From the NCBI GenBank assembly GCA_042569365.1, contig JBHPHK010000003.1, forward strand, positions 3,047-67,046: a stretch of DNA of 64,000 nucleotides, read 5' to 3'. Positions 1-10,091 of this stretch are shown here, piece by piece. Both the position numbers and the translations under genes were made by a program. Position 1 is the first letter of the stretch, and each line of letters opens with the position of its first letter. This stretch comes from Patescibacteria group bacterium (GTDB lineage Bacteria; Patescibacteriota; JAUYIX01; JBHPHK01). Under the pieces are notes generated by a model. That model saw only the letters and a list, made by a program, of their open reading frames with translations. It did not search any database and was not told the DNA's origin.

Positions 1-219
1 AATAACGAAATTGAGCGCCTTGTCTTTGACTGGAATCGAGAAGTTTCCACGGAATGGGAACATCGGGTCCAGATTTATCCGGCGGTGACCGAAGCGATCA
101 GCTACAATTATTTCTTATTGATTCCACTGGCGGCTATTGGAGGCTTATTGATCGGACTGTTATTGCTGGCGGCCTTTCCAGTCAGACTTGATATATTAAG
201 TGAACTAGACCTTGTATGA
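1..219 (+). CDS. C-terminal fragment (72 codons) of a CDS starting upstream of the window; ends in a hydrophobic helix; function unknown
   Basis: Frame 1 is open from base 1 to TGA 217-219 (...NYFLLIPLAAIGGLLIGLLLLAAFPVRLDILSELDLV*). The stop overlaps the next ATG (ATGA). Absent from the ORF track because it has no start in the window. Confidence 0.4.
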   Translation, partial: NNEIERLVFDWNREVSTEWEHRVQIYPAVTEAISYNYFLLIPLAAIGGLLIGLLLLAAFPVRLDILSELDLV

Positions 220-1367
220 TAATCGGGATTGATGCACGCGCGCTCCAAGAACCAGTTCGGACCGGAGTCCCGACATATTTAGAACAAATCCTAAAAAGAA
301 TTATTCCGAAAGCCCCTAAGCATGAGTTTAGGCTTTTTGTGAATGCCCATGATCCGAGCAAAGGTGCGTGGCGCAAATCGCTAGACTTTCCTAATGTAAA
401 AATAATCGAAACGCGCTGGCCGCATAAACTTTTGCACGCAAGCATGCTTGTTTTTCACTGGCCCAAGCTTGAAAAATACCTGGGACAAGTAGATGTTTTG
501 TTTATCCCGACAATTTTTTTCACTAGCTTTAGGAAGAACACTAAAATTGTTCAGACTTTTCATGATTTGTCTTTTGAACGCTATGGTCAGGAGCTTTCTT
601 TCTTCGGAAATCTTTGGCATCGCGTCCTGCGTCCGAAAAAAGTAGCCATGCGCGCCGATCATATTTTGTCAGTTTCCGAGTCCACCAAGCAAGAGCTGAA
701 AAATCTATACAACATTAATCCGGCGAAAATAACGGTTACACACCTGGACGGGCATTCAGACGTCAGTACAATACAAGCCAAGAAGTCGCGCGAGCTGGCT
801 TGGCTCGAAGATGAGACACCTTTCTTTTTATCTGTAGGGACGCAGGAACCTCGCAAAAATATTCCAGCCTTGATCGAGGCCTTCGACCTTTATAAGCAGC
901 AAACTGATTCAAAAGCGCAATTAATCATTGCTGGCGGCAGTGGCTATAGTCCAGATGAATATATTGATGAAGTTGTCGCCAAGTCGCCTTATCGCAAAGA
1001 GATTTATCAGCTCGGCTACGTTTCTGATGAAGAGAAAAAATGGCTCTACGAAAATGCCACTGGCCTCGTTTTCACGTCTTTGTATGAAGGATTTGGTCTA
1101 CCACTTCTGGAGGCATTTTCTGCAGATATTCCTGTGCTTACATCATCAGTTTCTTCGTTGCCCGAAGTAGCACAAGAGGCTGCGTTGGTTGTGGATCCGT
1201 GGCGCGTAGACCAGATAGCGGAAGGGCTGGAGGGATTAGCAAATATGGCTGGCAAGCTGCGCGAACGTGGCCAGCAACAGAGGCAATTGTTCAGCTGGGA
1301 TAAGGCTGCTGATCAAACATTAGAAGTATTAATTAATCTTGGGGAAAATGGCGCACATCGGAATTGA
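216..1367 (+). CDS. Glycosyltransferase family 4 (GT-B, retaining type)
   Basis: 383 aa. MIIGIDAR N-terminus and a C-terminal YEGFGLPLLEAF motif typical of GT4. Confidence 0.8.
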   Translation: MIIGIDARALQEPVRTGVPTYLEQILKRIIPKAPKHEFRLFVNAHDPSKGAWRKSLDFPNVKIIETRWPHKLLHASMLVFHWPKLEKYLGQVDVLFIPTIFFTSFRKNTKIVQTFHDLSFERYGQELSFFGNLWHRVLRPKKVAMRADHILSVSESTKQELKNLYNINPAKITVTHLDGHSDVSTIQAKKSRELAWLEDETPFFLSVGTQEPRKNIPALIEAFDLYKQQTDSKAQLIIAGGSGYSPDEYIDEVVAKSPYRKEIYQLGYVSDEEKKWLYENATGLVFTSLYEGFGLPLLEAFSADIPVLTSSVSSLPEVAQEAALVVDPWRVDQIAEGLEGLANMAGKLRERGQQQRQLFSWDKAADQTLEVLINLGENGAHRN

Positions 1368-2481
1368 TGCACGTGAATACGGAACAGAAAAATGGAGCGG
1401 CATTGGGCGCTATGTTTCTTATCTCGTCAAAGAGATTTTAGAAAGCGAGAGTGAACATGATTTCACGATCTTTCTACCTGATCCGTACTATTCCAAACTT
1501 CTAAAAAAATACTCAGGCAGCAGCAAAGTCAACTTCAAAAAAGTTCCGGCATCGTACTACTCTTGGCGAGAGCAACTGATTCTGCCGTTCTATTTAAATG
1601 ACAAGACAATCGATCTCTATCATTTCCCGCATTTCAATGTGCCACTTTTTTTTAATAAACCTTTCGTGGCAACGATCCATGATGTAACGCCGCTAATATA
1701 TCCGGGACATAAAGATAAGCGCTACTTTAGGCAGCTGGCTTATAAGATTCTTATGAGCCGCGTAGTCAAAAAGTCTAAAGGTCTGATTATGATCTCGGAT
1801 TTCACTCGCCAAGAAACAGAGAAACATTTCCCGGGCGCAAAAGATAAGAACACAGTGATCCATGAAGCGATCGACCAGGCACAGTTTGCTCCGGTGCCGG
1901 ACACTGCTGAGCGCCAAGCGACTTTAAAGAAATACAATATCACCAAGCCGTTTCTTCTGTATGTCGGTGTCTGGCGCTATCATAAAAATCTAGTGCGTCT
2001 GATCAAGGCTTTCGAAAATATTAAAACAAAACTTCCCGAAGACTACCAACTGGTCTTAGGCGGTAAATCTGATCCAAAATATCCGAATGTCCAGGCCGCG
2101 ATAGATAAATCAAGCGTGAAGGAAGCGATCATTACCCCTGGCTTTATTGATGAAAAAGACTTGGCAGCTCTATATTCAGCAACAGCGCTGTTTGTTTTCC
2201 CGTCTTTATATGAGGGCGCCGGCTTACCGCCGCTTGAAGCATTGGCCTGCAAGGCAGTTGTAGCGGCCTCCTACGTAACCGCAACTCCGGAAACTATACA
2301 CAGGCAAGCGGTATTCTTCGATCCGCAGGATCTTGGTAGTATAGAGGAAGCCCTCCAAAGGGGATTAACTGATAAAAATCTACGTCTAAAGCTGCAAAAT
2401 GAGGGTTTTGCAGTGGCGCGTGAGCGTACCTGGAAAGACGTAGCCAATGACACCTTAAGTTATTATTCCCGCCTTTTATAA
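1348..2481 (+). CDS. Glycosyltransferase family 4
   Basis: YEGAGLPPLEALA motif. The ORF-track start 1339 is TTG; ATG 1348 gives MAHIGIDAREY, matching the N-terminus of the upstream paralog. Confidence 0.8.
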   Translation: MAHIGIDAREYGTEKWSGIGRYVSYLVKEILESESEHDFTIFLPDPYYSKLLKKYSGSSKVNFKKVPASYYSWREQLILPFYLNDKTIDLYHFPHFNVPLFFNKPFVATIHDVTPLIYPGHKDKRYFRQLAYKILMSRVVKKSKGLIMISDFTRQETEKHFPGAKDKNTVIHEAIDQAQFAPVPDTAERQATLKKYNITKPFLLYVGVWRYHKNLVRLIKAFENIKTKLPEDYQLVLGGKSDPKYPNVQAAIDKSSVKEAIITPGFIDEKDLAALYSATALFVFPSLYEGAGLPPLEALACKAVVAASYVTATPETIHRQAVFFDPQDLGSIEEALQRGLTDKNLRLKLQNEGFAVARERTWKDVANDTLSYYSRLL

Positions 2482-2504
2482 AGCAGAAATAATTTTGTAG
2501 GCGA

Positions 2505-4982
2505 ATGGATAGCGTCAGAGCGCGAAAGCCGAAATTAAAACTAAAAGAAAAGAGACAAACAAAAAAGCCCGCGGTGAAGGCTTCGATTTCGGGTGTCTCC
2601 AAAAAACAGCCTGTCCAAAAAGCATCAGTTCAAAAAGCGCCAGCAAAACGTGTCGCTAAAAATCTGCAAGTACCTGCAGTGCCAGTGCCTGCGGCTTTAG
2701 CTTTTGATGAAAGGGCGATCTTGGCGCACGCCGAAAAAGATTTGCAAGTAGACAGTCTGCAACGCTCCCTTAAAGAACGGGAGATCGAAAAAGTGCGTTA
2801 TGAAAGAAGTTTCCAACGAGAATTTGAAAAACGTCATCAACTGGAAGACTATGTCAAACAGTTGGAGCAACAGCTCGTTAAATATTTGAATCGCATCTCA
2901 GGTAAGAGTTTACGTTTAGTACCGGGCCTTTCTAAACCTAATGAAACCAAGCCTGAGTATAAAAAGGTTTCCAAAATGTGGCGTCAAAAAGTTACGCCCG
3001 CCAAAAAAGCACTTATTATTTTTATAATGATAGCGTTAAGCTTTGTGGGACTTGTGAGCGGCGCAGCATATTATCAAAAGGGTCGTATCACGAGTGATCT
3101 TGCGCTTGATTCTGCTAAAGAAGCCGTCGCTGGTCTTTTTACGGCTTTCGAAGCTTTATCAGAGGGGCAGTACGAAGAAGCAGATCTTGCGCTAAACGAT
3201 GCGAAAGATGATTTTATTCAGGCGCAAAATGATATTTCGTCGCTAGGAGATCTCCTGGTCGGCTTTGTGTCTCAGTTGCCGGGAGCGCGCGAACTTAAAG
3301 ACGGCCGCAATCTTCTAAAAGCGGGGGAGATCATTACAACTTCTGGGGAGCAAGCCTTAGAATATTGGCAACGTCTCCAAAGCGTAAAATTCCAAACAAA
3401 CTTTTTGAACACGCAAACAGCCGAGCAGCTTACTCTAGGTGAGGGAGAAGAGGACATGCAGAGTTTCTTGAATGATGTTGGCGCGGAGTGGCCGGCGATT
3501 GTTGCTGATTTAAGTGAAGCACTGGCATTAGTTTCCGATATTAAGATTGATTCGATTCCAACTGAATACCAACAGCAGTTTTACTTGCTGCAAAAGGCGT
3601 TGCCAGAACTGCGCCACAGAATCGAGACCTATCAGAATTTACCGAAAGTGTTGCAGACATTTTTTGCCCTTGAAGGAGAACCACAGAAGTATTTATTATT
3701 GTTCCAGAACTCAGCAGAGCTACGAGCAACTGGTGGTTTTATCGGAACGTATGGAGTCATGGACATGAAAGAAGGGGAGATCACTCAGCTTGACGTCAAC
3801 GGCATCTATGATCCTGATGGACTATTAGAGAGGCGGATTGTCGCGCCGGAAGGATTGTCGCGCATGATCGACCGACTCTTTATACGTGATGCCAACTGGT
3901 GGCCGGATTTCCCGACCTCTGCCCAGAAGGTTAAAGAACTATTCCAGGAAGTAAATTCAGCTCCTCTCGACGGAGTCATTGCGTTTACTCCGGCTATTAT
4001 TCAGGGCATGCTGAAGCTGGTCGGAGAACTTGAAGTGCCGGGCTATGATGTTGTGCTGACGGCGGATAATTTTATGCTGGAGACGCAGGTTCAGGTAGAC
4101 AAAGAGTACGACCGTGAGCTAAATAAGCCCAAGCAATTTTTGGCAGACGCGCTACCGCTGCTTCTTCAAGAAGTATTTGAACAAGAAGACAGCTTTGCCA
4201 AGTTGGCAGGGATTTTCGGAAAAGCGTTAGCGGAAAAAGACCTGCAGATATATTCAGAACATAAAGCGCTTAGTGATTTTGCGCGTACGCAAAACTGGGA
4301 CGGCGCTCTCAATCAAACATCCGATGACATTTTGATGATTGTTAATACTAATATCGAGAGCCAAAAGTCGGATCAGTTTATAAAACAAGCGGTCGAGCAT
4401 AAGGTAATGATTGACGAAAGCGGCGATGTTACCGAGTCAGTTAAGCTAACACGGCAACATACCGGAACAGATGAGTGGCCATCAGGAGACAATCACAGTT
4501 ATGCGCGCTTTGTTGTGCCGGCGGGCAGTCGTTTGATATCTGCTACGGGATTTGCAGACGAGCGTTTTGAATACACGAACCCTTGCGGAGAATGTGAACA
4601 GGATCCATTGATCACCAAAATGGAGGATGCTATGACGATTCATGAAGAGTCAGGAACGCATATTACTTCTTTCATGGACAGAAGCATCTTTGCCAATTGG
4701 ATCAGCGTCAAGCCGCAGTCGAGTGTAGAGGCTGAACTAGTGTATGAGCCTGATATTTCCGTGAAGCCAGCTAGTGTCTATGCGACTGGGCAGGGTTACA
4801 CTCTCGTTTTACAAAAACAGGCAGGCGCCAGTTCGATAGACTATGACTTGCTGATAGAATTTCCGGAAAGCTGGCAGGTTTCTTGGAATGTCGGCACGCA
4901 GCTTGAAGTTGAAGGAAATATCCTGCACTGGCGGGGGGATCTGACAAAAGATGAAATATTTGGTATTCTGTTTGCTCACTAA
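2505..4982 (+). CDS. DUF4012 domain membrane protein with a long Lys-rich and coiled-coil cytoplasmic N-terminal extension
   Basis: 825 aa. One TM helix (ALIIFIMIALSFVGLVSGAAYY) and the signature FQNSAELRATGGFIGTYG typical of DUF4012. Confidence 0.75.
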   Translation: MDSVRARKPKLKLKEKRQTKKPAVKASISGVSKKQPVQKASVQKAPAKRVAKNLQVPAVPVPAALAFDERAILAHAEKDLQVDSLQRSLKEREIEKVRYERSFQREFEKRHQLEDYVKQLEQQLVKYLNRISGKSLRLVPGLSKPNETKPEYKKVSKMWRQKVTPAKKALIIFIMIALSFVGLVSGAAYYQKGRITSDLALDSAKEAVAGLFTAFEALSEGQYEEADLALNDAKDDFIQAQNDISSLGDLLVGFVSQLPGARELKDGRNLLKAGEIITTSGEQALEYWQRLQSVKFQTNFLNTQTAEQLTLGEGEEDMQSFLNDVGAEWPAIVADLSEALALVSDIKIDSIPTEYQQQFYLLQKALPELRHRIETYQNLPKVLQTFFALEGEPQKYLLLFQNSAELRATGGFIGTYGVMDMKEGEITQLDVNGIYDPDGLLERRIVAPEGLSRMIDRLFIRDANWWPDFPTSAQKVKELFQEVNSAPLDGVIAFTPAIIQGMLKLVGELEVPGYDVVLTADNFMLETQVQVDKEYDRELNKPKQFLADALPLLLQEVFEQEDSFAKLAGIFGKALAEKDLQIYSEHKALSDFARTQNWDGALNQTSDDILMIVNTNIESQKSDQFIKQAVEHKVMIDESGDVTESVKLTRQHTGTDEWPSGDNHSYARFVVPAGSRLISATGFADERFEYTNPCGECEQDPLITKMEDAMTIHEESGTHITSFMDRSIFANWISVKPQSSVEAELVYEPDISVKPASVYATGQGYTLVLQKQAGASSIDYDLLIEFPESWQVSWNVGTQLEVEGNILHWRGDLTKDEIFGILFAH

Positions 4983-4990
4983 AGAAATTC

Positions 4991-6595
4991 ATGAAAATCC
5001 TGGCACGTGCCCAAAAAACTATTCTATCAGCGGCTGTAATCATCGGTGTTTCCTCACTGGCAAGTCGTCTTTTAGGACTAGTACGTGACCGCATACTCGC
5101 GGACAGTTTTGGCGCAGGGCAGCTTCTTGACGCCTATTATGCCGCTTTTCGTATCCCGGACTTTGTTTTCAATATTTTAGTGGCGGGAACCATCGCAGCC
5201 GCTTTTATCCCGGTTTTTTCTAAGCTTTATAATAAGGTCAATCGCGATAAGGCCTGGCAGCTGACAAACTCAGTCCTGACGGTAATCGGAATATGTTTGA
5301 TGGGTCTCGGTGTCGCGCTTTATTTCGTGGCGCCGTACGTTGCCCGATATATCACGCCGGGCTTTGATCCGGAGACGATCAATATGATGATCTGGATGAC
5401 GAGGATTATGCTGCTTTCGCCAGTGATATTTGGAATCAGCAGCATCATCGGCTCGGTCCTAAACGCGCTGCAACGTTTTGTGGCGTATGCGATAGCGCCC
5501 ATATTTTACAATCTCGGTATCATCGTTGGTGCGTTATGGTTTGTGCCGCTGTGGGGACCGCTTGGCTTGGCATACGGTGTTGTACTAGGTGCAATTCTCC
5601 ACCTGCTTATTCAGATTCCGAGCATGGCCGGTACTGGGTGGCGCTTTAAATTCCAGCTTGGACGTGATCTTCCTGAGACGAAGAAAGTGGCAAAGCTCAT
5701 GCTGCCGCGCATTATTGGCGGCGCCGCGACTCAGATCAACTTGATCGTGTCGACCGGAGTTGCCTCAACGCTTGTAATCGGAAGTGTAGCCGTCTTCAAC
5801 TTCGCCAACAATCTCCAAAGTTTCCCGCTTGGCATCTTCGGCATTTCTTTTTCTGTAGCCGCTTTTCCGGCAATGGCCCATGCCGTAGCCAGGGCGCGCA
5901 ACAGCGAATTTGTCGAAAAATTATCTAAGACATTCCGCCAAGTTCTGTATTTGATTGTTCCGGCTAGTATTTTCATTATCCTGCTGCGCGCACAAATCGT
6001 GCGTCTGATCCTGGGAACTGGTGCTTTCGACTGGGAGGACACGGTTTTGACCGCAGCCACATTAGGCTTTTTTGCAGTTTCATTATTTGCTCAGAGTACA
6101 ATTCCGCTTCTGGCCAAGGCTTTCTATGCATTGCATGACACGAGGACGCCGGTGATAGTCAGCATTTTTAGTATGGTCCTCAACGTCATTTTGACTGTTG
6201 TCCTCGGAAAAACTATGGGAGTTGAGGGTATCGCTCTTGCGTTTTCTATCGCTGCCGGCCTAAATATGCTTTTTCTCTTGGGTCTTCTTCGCATGCGCGC
6301 GGGGGACATGCAGGACAAGCAAATAATCATCTCTGCTTTCAAGACTTTAATTATTTCACTCGTGGCCGGCATAGCGCTTTACGGCTCGCTATATTTCTTC
6401 GATATATTTGTCGATACGCACACCTATACCGGACTGCTTCTGCAAACATTAGGCGCAGGCTTAGTCGGTATCGCCATCTACTGGCTCGGCAGTTTTATAT
6501 TTAAAAATGAAGAGGTACCGATCGGACAGTTTATTCGTACGTTAGTCAACAAGCGTCGCAATGGAAAAAATATAAACATAAATGACCAGCCATAA
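4991..6595 (+). CDS. murJ: Lipid II flippase MurJ (MviN)
   Basis: 534 aa, polytopic. N-terminal SRLLGLVRDRILADSFGAG..DAYYAAFRIPDF motif characteristic of MurJ. Confidence 0.85.
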   Translation: MKILARAQKTILSAAVIIGVSSLASRLLGLVRDRILADSFGAGQLLDAYYAAFRIPDFVFNILVAGTIAAAFIPVFSKLYNKVNRDKAWQLTNSVLTVIGICLMGLGVALYFVAPYVARYITPGFDPETINMMIWMTRIMLLSPVIFGISSIIGSVLNALQRFVAYAIAPIFYNLGIIVGALWFVPLWGPLGLAYGVVLGAILHLLIQIPSMAGTGWRFKFQLGRDLPETKKVAKLMLPRIIGGAATQINLIVSTGVASTLVIGSVAVFNFANNLQSFPLGIFGISFSVAAFPAMAHAVARARNSEFVEKLSKTFRQVLYLIVPASIFIILLRAQIVRLILGTGAFDWEDTVLTAATLGFFAVSLFAQSTIPLLAKAFYALHDTRTPVIVSIFSMVLNVILTVVLGKTMGVEGIALAFSIAAGLNMLFLLGLLRMRAGDMQDKQIIISAFKTLIISLVAGIALYGSLYFFDIFVDTHTYTGLLLQTLGAGLVGIAIYWLGSFIFKNEEVPIGQFIRTLVNKRRNGKNININDQP

Positions 6596-8393
6596 CAATA
6601 AACAAAACCAGATTCGCAACGTAGCCTTGATTGCGCATATTGACCATGGTAAATCCACTTTGGCCGATCGTTTGATCGAAAAGACTGGCGCCGTCGCGGC
6701 AAGGGAAATGAAAGAACAGCTGCTGGACCAGATGGATCTTGAGCGCGAACGGGGGATCACGATCAAATTGCAGCCGGTACAGCTCGAGTATTCTTCATCA
6801 AAGGGAGGAAACAAGAAGTATATTTTAAATGTTATTGATACGCCGGGACATGTCGACTTTTCATATGAAGTTTCGCGGACGTTGGCGGCGGTTGAGGGCG
6901 CGATCCTAATTGTGGATGCGGCGCAGGGTATTCAGGCCCAAACGCTTGCTCATCTTTATGTGGCGCTTGAAAGAAACCTAACCATCATTCCGGTACTCAA
7001 TAAAATAGATCTGCCGGCAGCCGACCCGGATCGTGTTGCCAATGAAATCGTTAATATTATCGGAGGAAGTGCCGAAGATATTATTCGTGTTTCTGCAAAG
7101 ACCGGAGAGAATGTCGAAGAGTTACTTGAAGCGATTGTCGCGCGCGTACCGGCTCCCGGAGGAGATCCAGACAAGCCCTTGAGGGCGCTTGTGTTTGACT
7201 CTGCCTACAATACATATCAGGGCGTGATTGCGTATGTACGCGTCATAGACGGTGCTTTAGGCAAAAACGATAGCTTAACGCTTATGCAGAGCGGTATGAC
7301 GACTGAAGCGCATCAGGTTGGCGTCCTTAAACCTAAAATGCTAGAAAAACCTCAGTTAGCAACAGGGCAAACGGGATATATTGTGACGGGATTAAAAGAC
7401 GTGCGTGAAGCACGTGTCGGTGAAACGGTTTCTCACACAAAAAATCTTGCCGCAAAAGCACTGCCGGGATACCAGCAAATCCAGCCCAATGTTTTTGCAG
7501 GAATCTTTACAGACAATCCAGATGACTACCCTGAGCTGACCGAGGCGTTAGCCAAGCTTCAGCTCAATGATGCTTCGCTTTCATATGAAGGAATCTCTTC
7601 TCCAACAGGAGGCGCCGGCTATCGCATAGGAGCCTTGGGCCTGCTGCATCTCGACATCATCCAGGAGCGCCTCAAGCGAGAGTTTGACTTAGAACTTATC
7701 ACAACCTCACCGAGCGTAACTTACCAGGTCATCACGACTACTAACGAAAAAATCACAGCCCGCATCCCATCGGAGCTCCCAGACCCTACTGTAATCCAGG
7801 AGATCCAAGAGCCGTGGGTAGCGCTCGAAGTCATTACGCCCTCAGACTATTTGGGAAACATAATGCAGATCCTGCAAGATCGCCGTGCTATCCAGACTGG
7901 CACAGAGTCTATCGATGACCGTCGCTTGATCGTTCACTATGAAATCCCGCTCGCCGAAATCATCGGGGGACTGTACGACACTCTCAAAAGTGCATCGCGT
8001 GGCTTTGCTTCCATGAACTACAGTTTTAAAGAATATCGCATGGGGGATCTAGTTAAGCTTGATGTGCTGGTGGCTGGAGATCCCATCGAAGCTTTTGCAC
8101 GCATCGTACCGCGCATCCAAACACAAAGAATAGGAAGGCAAATCGTCGAAAGACTAGCAGAGCTCATCCCGCCGCAAATGTTTGCGGTGCCAGTCCAGGC
8201 AGCAGTCGGCGGAAAGATTATTGCCCGTGCCAATATTAAAGCGCAGCGCAAAGACGTTACCGCCAAGCTCTACGGTGGAGACGTAACTCGCAAAAGAAAG
8301 CTCCTCGAAAAACAAAAAGCTGGTAAGAAAAAGATGCGCGAAAAAGCCGGTGGCATTAATATACCATCAGATGTTTATCGTAAGATGCTTTAG
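6582..8393 (+). CDS. lepA: Translation elongation factor 4 (LepA)
   Basis: 603 aa. GTPase motifs AHIDHGKST, DTPGHVDF and NKID, plus the LepA C-terminal region. Overlaps the murJ stop by 14 nt. Confidence 0.95.
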   Translation: MTSHNNKQNQIRNVALIAHIDHGKSTLADRLIEKTGAVAAREMKEQLLDQMDLERERGITIKLQPVQLEYSSSKGGNKKYILNVIDTPGHVDFSYEVSRTLAAVEGAILIVDAAQGIQAQTLAHLYVALERNLTIIPVLNKIDLPAADPDRVANEIVNIIGGSAEDIIRVSAKTGENVEELLEAIVARVPAPGGDPDKPLRALVFDSAYNTYQGVIAYVRVIDGALGKNDSLTLMQSGMTTEAHQVGVLKPKMLEKPQLATGQTGYIVTGLKDVREARVGETVSHTKNLAAKALPGYQQIQPNVFAGIFTDNPDDYPELTEALAKLQLNDASLSYEGISSPTGGAGYRIGALGLLHLDIIQERLKREFDLELITTSPSVTYQVITTTNEKITARIPSELPDPTVIQEIQEPWVALEVITPSDYLGNIMQILQDRRAIQTGTESIDDRRLIVHYEIPLAEIIGGLYDTLKSASRGFASMNYSFKEYRMGDLVKLDVLVAGDPIEAFARIVPRIQTQRIGRQIVERLAELIPPQMFAVPVQAAVGGKIIARANIKAQRKDVTAKLYGGDVTRKRKLLEKQKAGKKKMREKAGGINIPSDVYRKML

Positions 8394-8405
8394 CGCGCTA
8401 TTTTC

Positions 8406-8513
8406 TTAATATAGCAAAACCGGCAGCAGAAATGTTACAATTACACCAAGTGCGACTAGCCCCACAAAAACAGTCAGAGCAATTCGTCTTTTATCCCAAT
8501 ATTTTTTTGCCAT
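8406..8513 (-). CDS. Candidate small membrane protein (35 aa)
   Basis: ATG...TAA ORF below the track cutoff: MAKKYWDKRRIALTVFVGLVALGVIVTFLLPVLLY (basic N-terminus plus one TM helix). It fills an otherwise empty 124-nt gap. No SD. Confidence 0.25.
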   Translation of the reverse strand: MAKKYWDKRRIALTVFVGLVALGVIVTFLLPVLLY

Positions 8514-8517
8514 AAGA

Positions 8518-9126
8518 ATGTCCAGTTACTTTACTCAAAATTTACAGGAAGATGAGATCGTTGTAAAGATGATCCGCAAACATCCGATCGGCAGCCTCAA
8601 GTGGTTCATCATCGGATTAGTGCTTATTGTCCTGCCGTTCGCGCTTATAAAGTATCTACTCGCCTCAGGCTGGGGGACGCTTATTTTCGTTGCGCTGATC
8701 ATACTCGCTCTGCTATACGCATTCCTGGCTTTCTTGCGCTGGTATTTTGACTCGGTGATTATTACTGATCGCCGCGTCATCAATATTGACCAAAAAGGAA
8801 TTTTTCAACGCGAAGTCAGGGAGATCGCCTATGACAAAATCGGGGACGTCGGTTATGGTGTGAAGGGCGTCTTAGCCACATCGCTTAATTTTGGTTCGCT
8901 TACCTTAACGCTCACAGACGAAAAAATTATACTAGAAAAGCTTCCAAAACCCGGCCAGCTCGCAGAAACTCTCAAAAACCTGATCACGCATTACCATAAA
9001 GAGCACGGCAAAGGAGAGATGACAGCCACCGATCTGGTTAAAATTATACAAAAAGCATCGGGAGAAAAAGAGGACGAAGACACAGAATCTCACTCAGAAG
9101 ACGAAACAGAAGAAAACGAAGAATAG
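8518..9126 (+). CDS. Membrane protein with a bacterial PH (YdbS/YdbT-like, DUF304) domain and an acidic tail
   Basis: 202 aa. Two TM helices followed by IITDRRVINIDQKGIFQREV..FGSLTL, the pattern of bPH_2 domains. Confidence 0.6.
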   Translation: MSSYFTQNLQEDEIVVKMIRKHPIGSLKWFIIGLVLIVLPFALIKYLLASGWGTLIFVALIILALLYAFLAFLRWYFDSVIITDRRVINIDQKGIFQREVREIAYDKIGDVGYGVKGVLATSLNFGSLTLTLTDEKIILEKLPKPGQLAETLKNLITHYHKEHGKGEMTATDLVKIIQKASGEKEDEDTESHSEDETEENEE

Positions 9127-9131
9127 GAATT

Positions 9132-9166
9132 AAAAAACCCTCGCATGATGCAAGGGTTTTCTTTTA
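9132..9166. terminator. Bidirectional intrinsic terminator between convergent genes
   Basis: AAAAAACCCTCGCATGATGCAAGGGTTTTCTTTT: an imperfect hairpin flanked by an A-run and a T-run. Confidence 0.55.
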
Positions 9167-9172
9167 GAACAT

Positions 9173-9502
9173 TTAAGTTGTCTCAGGTCTGTTTGCGAGA
9201 AATGTCTGATAGAGAACAGTCAGCACATCGATGACTAACAGAATGACGAGCGTTATGATGCCATAGCCGCATGTCAGTATGTTACGATGTCCGGCGGAAA
9301 TAAAATCAGGCAATAAATTCGCAGAGAGCAGAATCTGTCCAACGGCAAGTAGCGTAACTCCGAAAAGAAACCAAAATTCATAGGCACGCACATACTCTTT
9401 TCTAAGAGCTCTTGAAAAACAGATTAAGCAAGTAAGGATTATTAGAATATCCAAAGCCATGAACTGCCCACTGGTGAGTATTGGTAGATCAAACACGTAC
9501 AT
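9173..9502 (-). CDS. Hypothetical 4-TM membrane protein
   Basis: The ORF-track start is 9565. The internal ATG 9502 is preceded by GGAGGTG 5 nt upstream (minus strand: accagaGGAGGTGttATG). Confidence 0.5.
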   Translation of the reverse strand: MYVFDLPILTSGQFMALDILIILTCLICFSRALRKEYVRAYEFWFLFGVTLLAVGQILLSANLLPDFISAGHRNILTCGYGIITLVILLVIDVLTVLYQTFLANRPETT

Positions 9503-9603
9503 AACACCTCCTCTGGTTGAAGCTATTGCAGATAGGTTAAAGAACAACTTTACAGCATACCGCATCTATATATTATGTAAAGAGAAAGGCGTAAATATAT
9601 TTC

Positions 9604-9632
9604 TTGAATAAAAATACGCATTACGTTAAACT
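9604..9632 (+). promoter_or_regulatory. Sigma70-type promoter for the ftsB-like gene
   Basis: TTGAAT-N17-TAAACT. The -10 ends 11 nt before ATG 9644. Confidence 0.45.
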
Positions 9633-9643
9633 GACTTAAGTAT

Positions 9644-10066
9644 ATGCGTATAACATCTAAGGCCCGTCTTGAAAACGGGCAAAAAAACACCTCTAGCAAA
9701 AGATCATTTTTCGCATCGCGTTGGTTTATTATTACTGGCGTGCTAGTGTTGATGTTCGTGGTTGTCGCGTTCTCTCGCGAACTATACCGCAAAACTCAGC
9801 TCACTAACGAAATCGATCGGATTGCCGGAGAAATTGATGACTTACGCATTGGCAATGAGGAGCTTTCTGCTCTGATTGATTATTATCAAACGGAAAGCTA
9901 TCAGGAACTGAGTGCTCGTGAACACTTAGGGTTAACGACACGCGGCGAAGTAGTCATCTCGATCCCAAACGATCAGAACACTGAGGCGGTAGAAGCGGAA
10001 GAGGTGGACTACGCCAACGATCCTGAAACTTCTAATATCGATAAATGGTGGAACTATTTCTTTTAG
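9644..10066 (+). CDS. Septum formation initiator family protein (FtsB/DivIC-like)
   Basis: 140 aa. N-terminal TM helix, then a coiled coil, then ..AREHLGLTTRGEVVI, typical of DivIC/FtsB. Confidence 0.6.
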   Translation: MRITSKARLENGQKNTSSKRSFFASRWFIITGVLVLMFVVVAFSRELYRKTQLTNEIDRIAGEIDDLRIGNEELSALIDYYQTESYQELSAREHLGLTTRGEVVISIPNDQNTEAVEAEEVDYANDPETSNIDKWWNYFF

Positions 10067-10091
10067 TCACCAACATTAACTAACTAATCTT

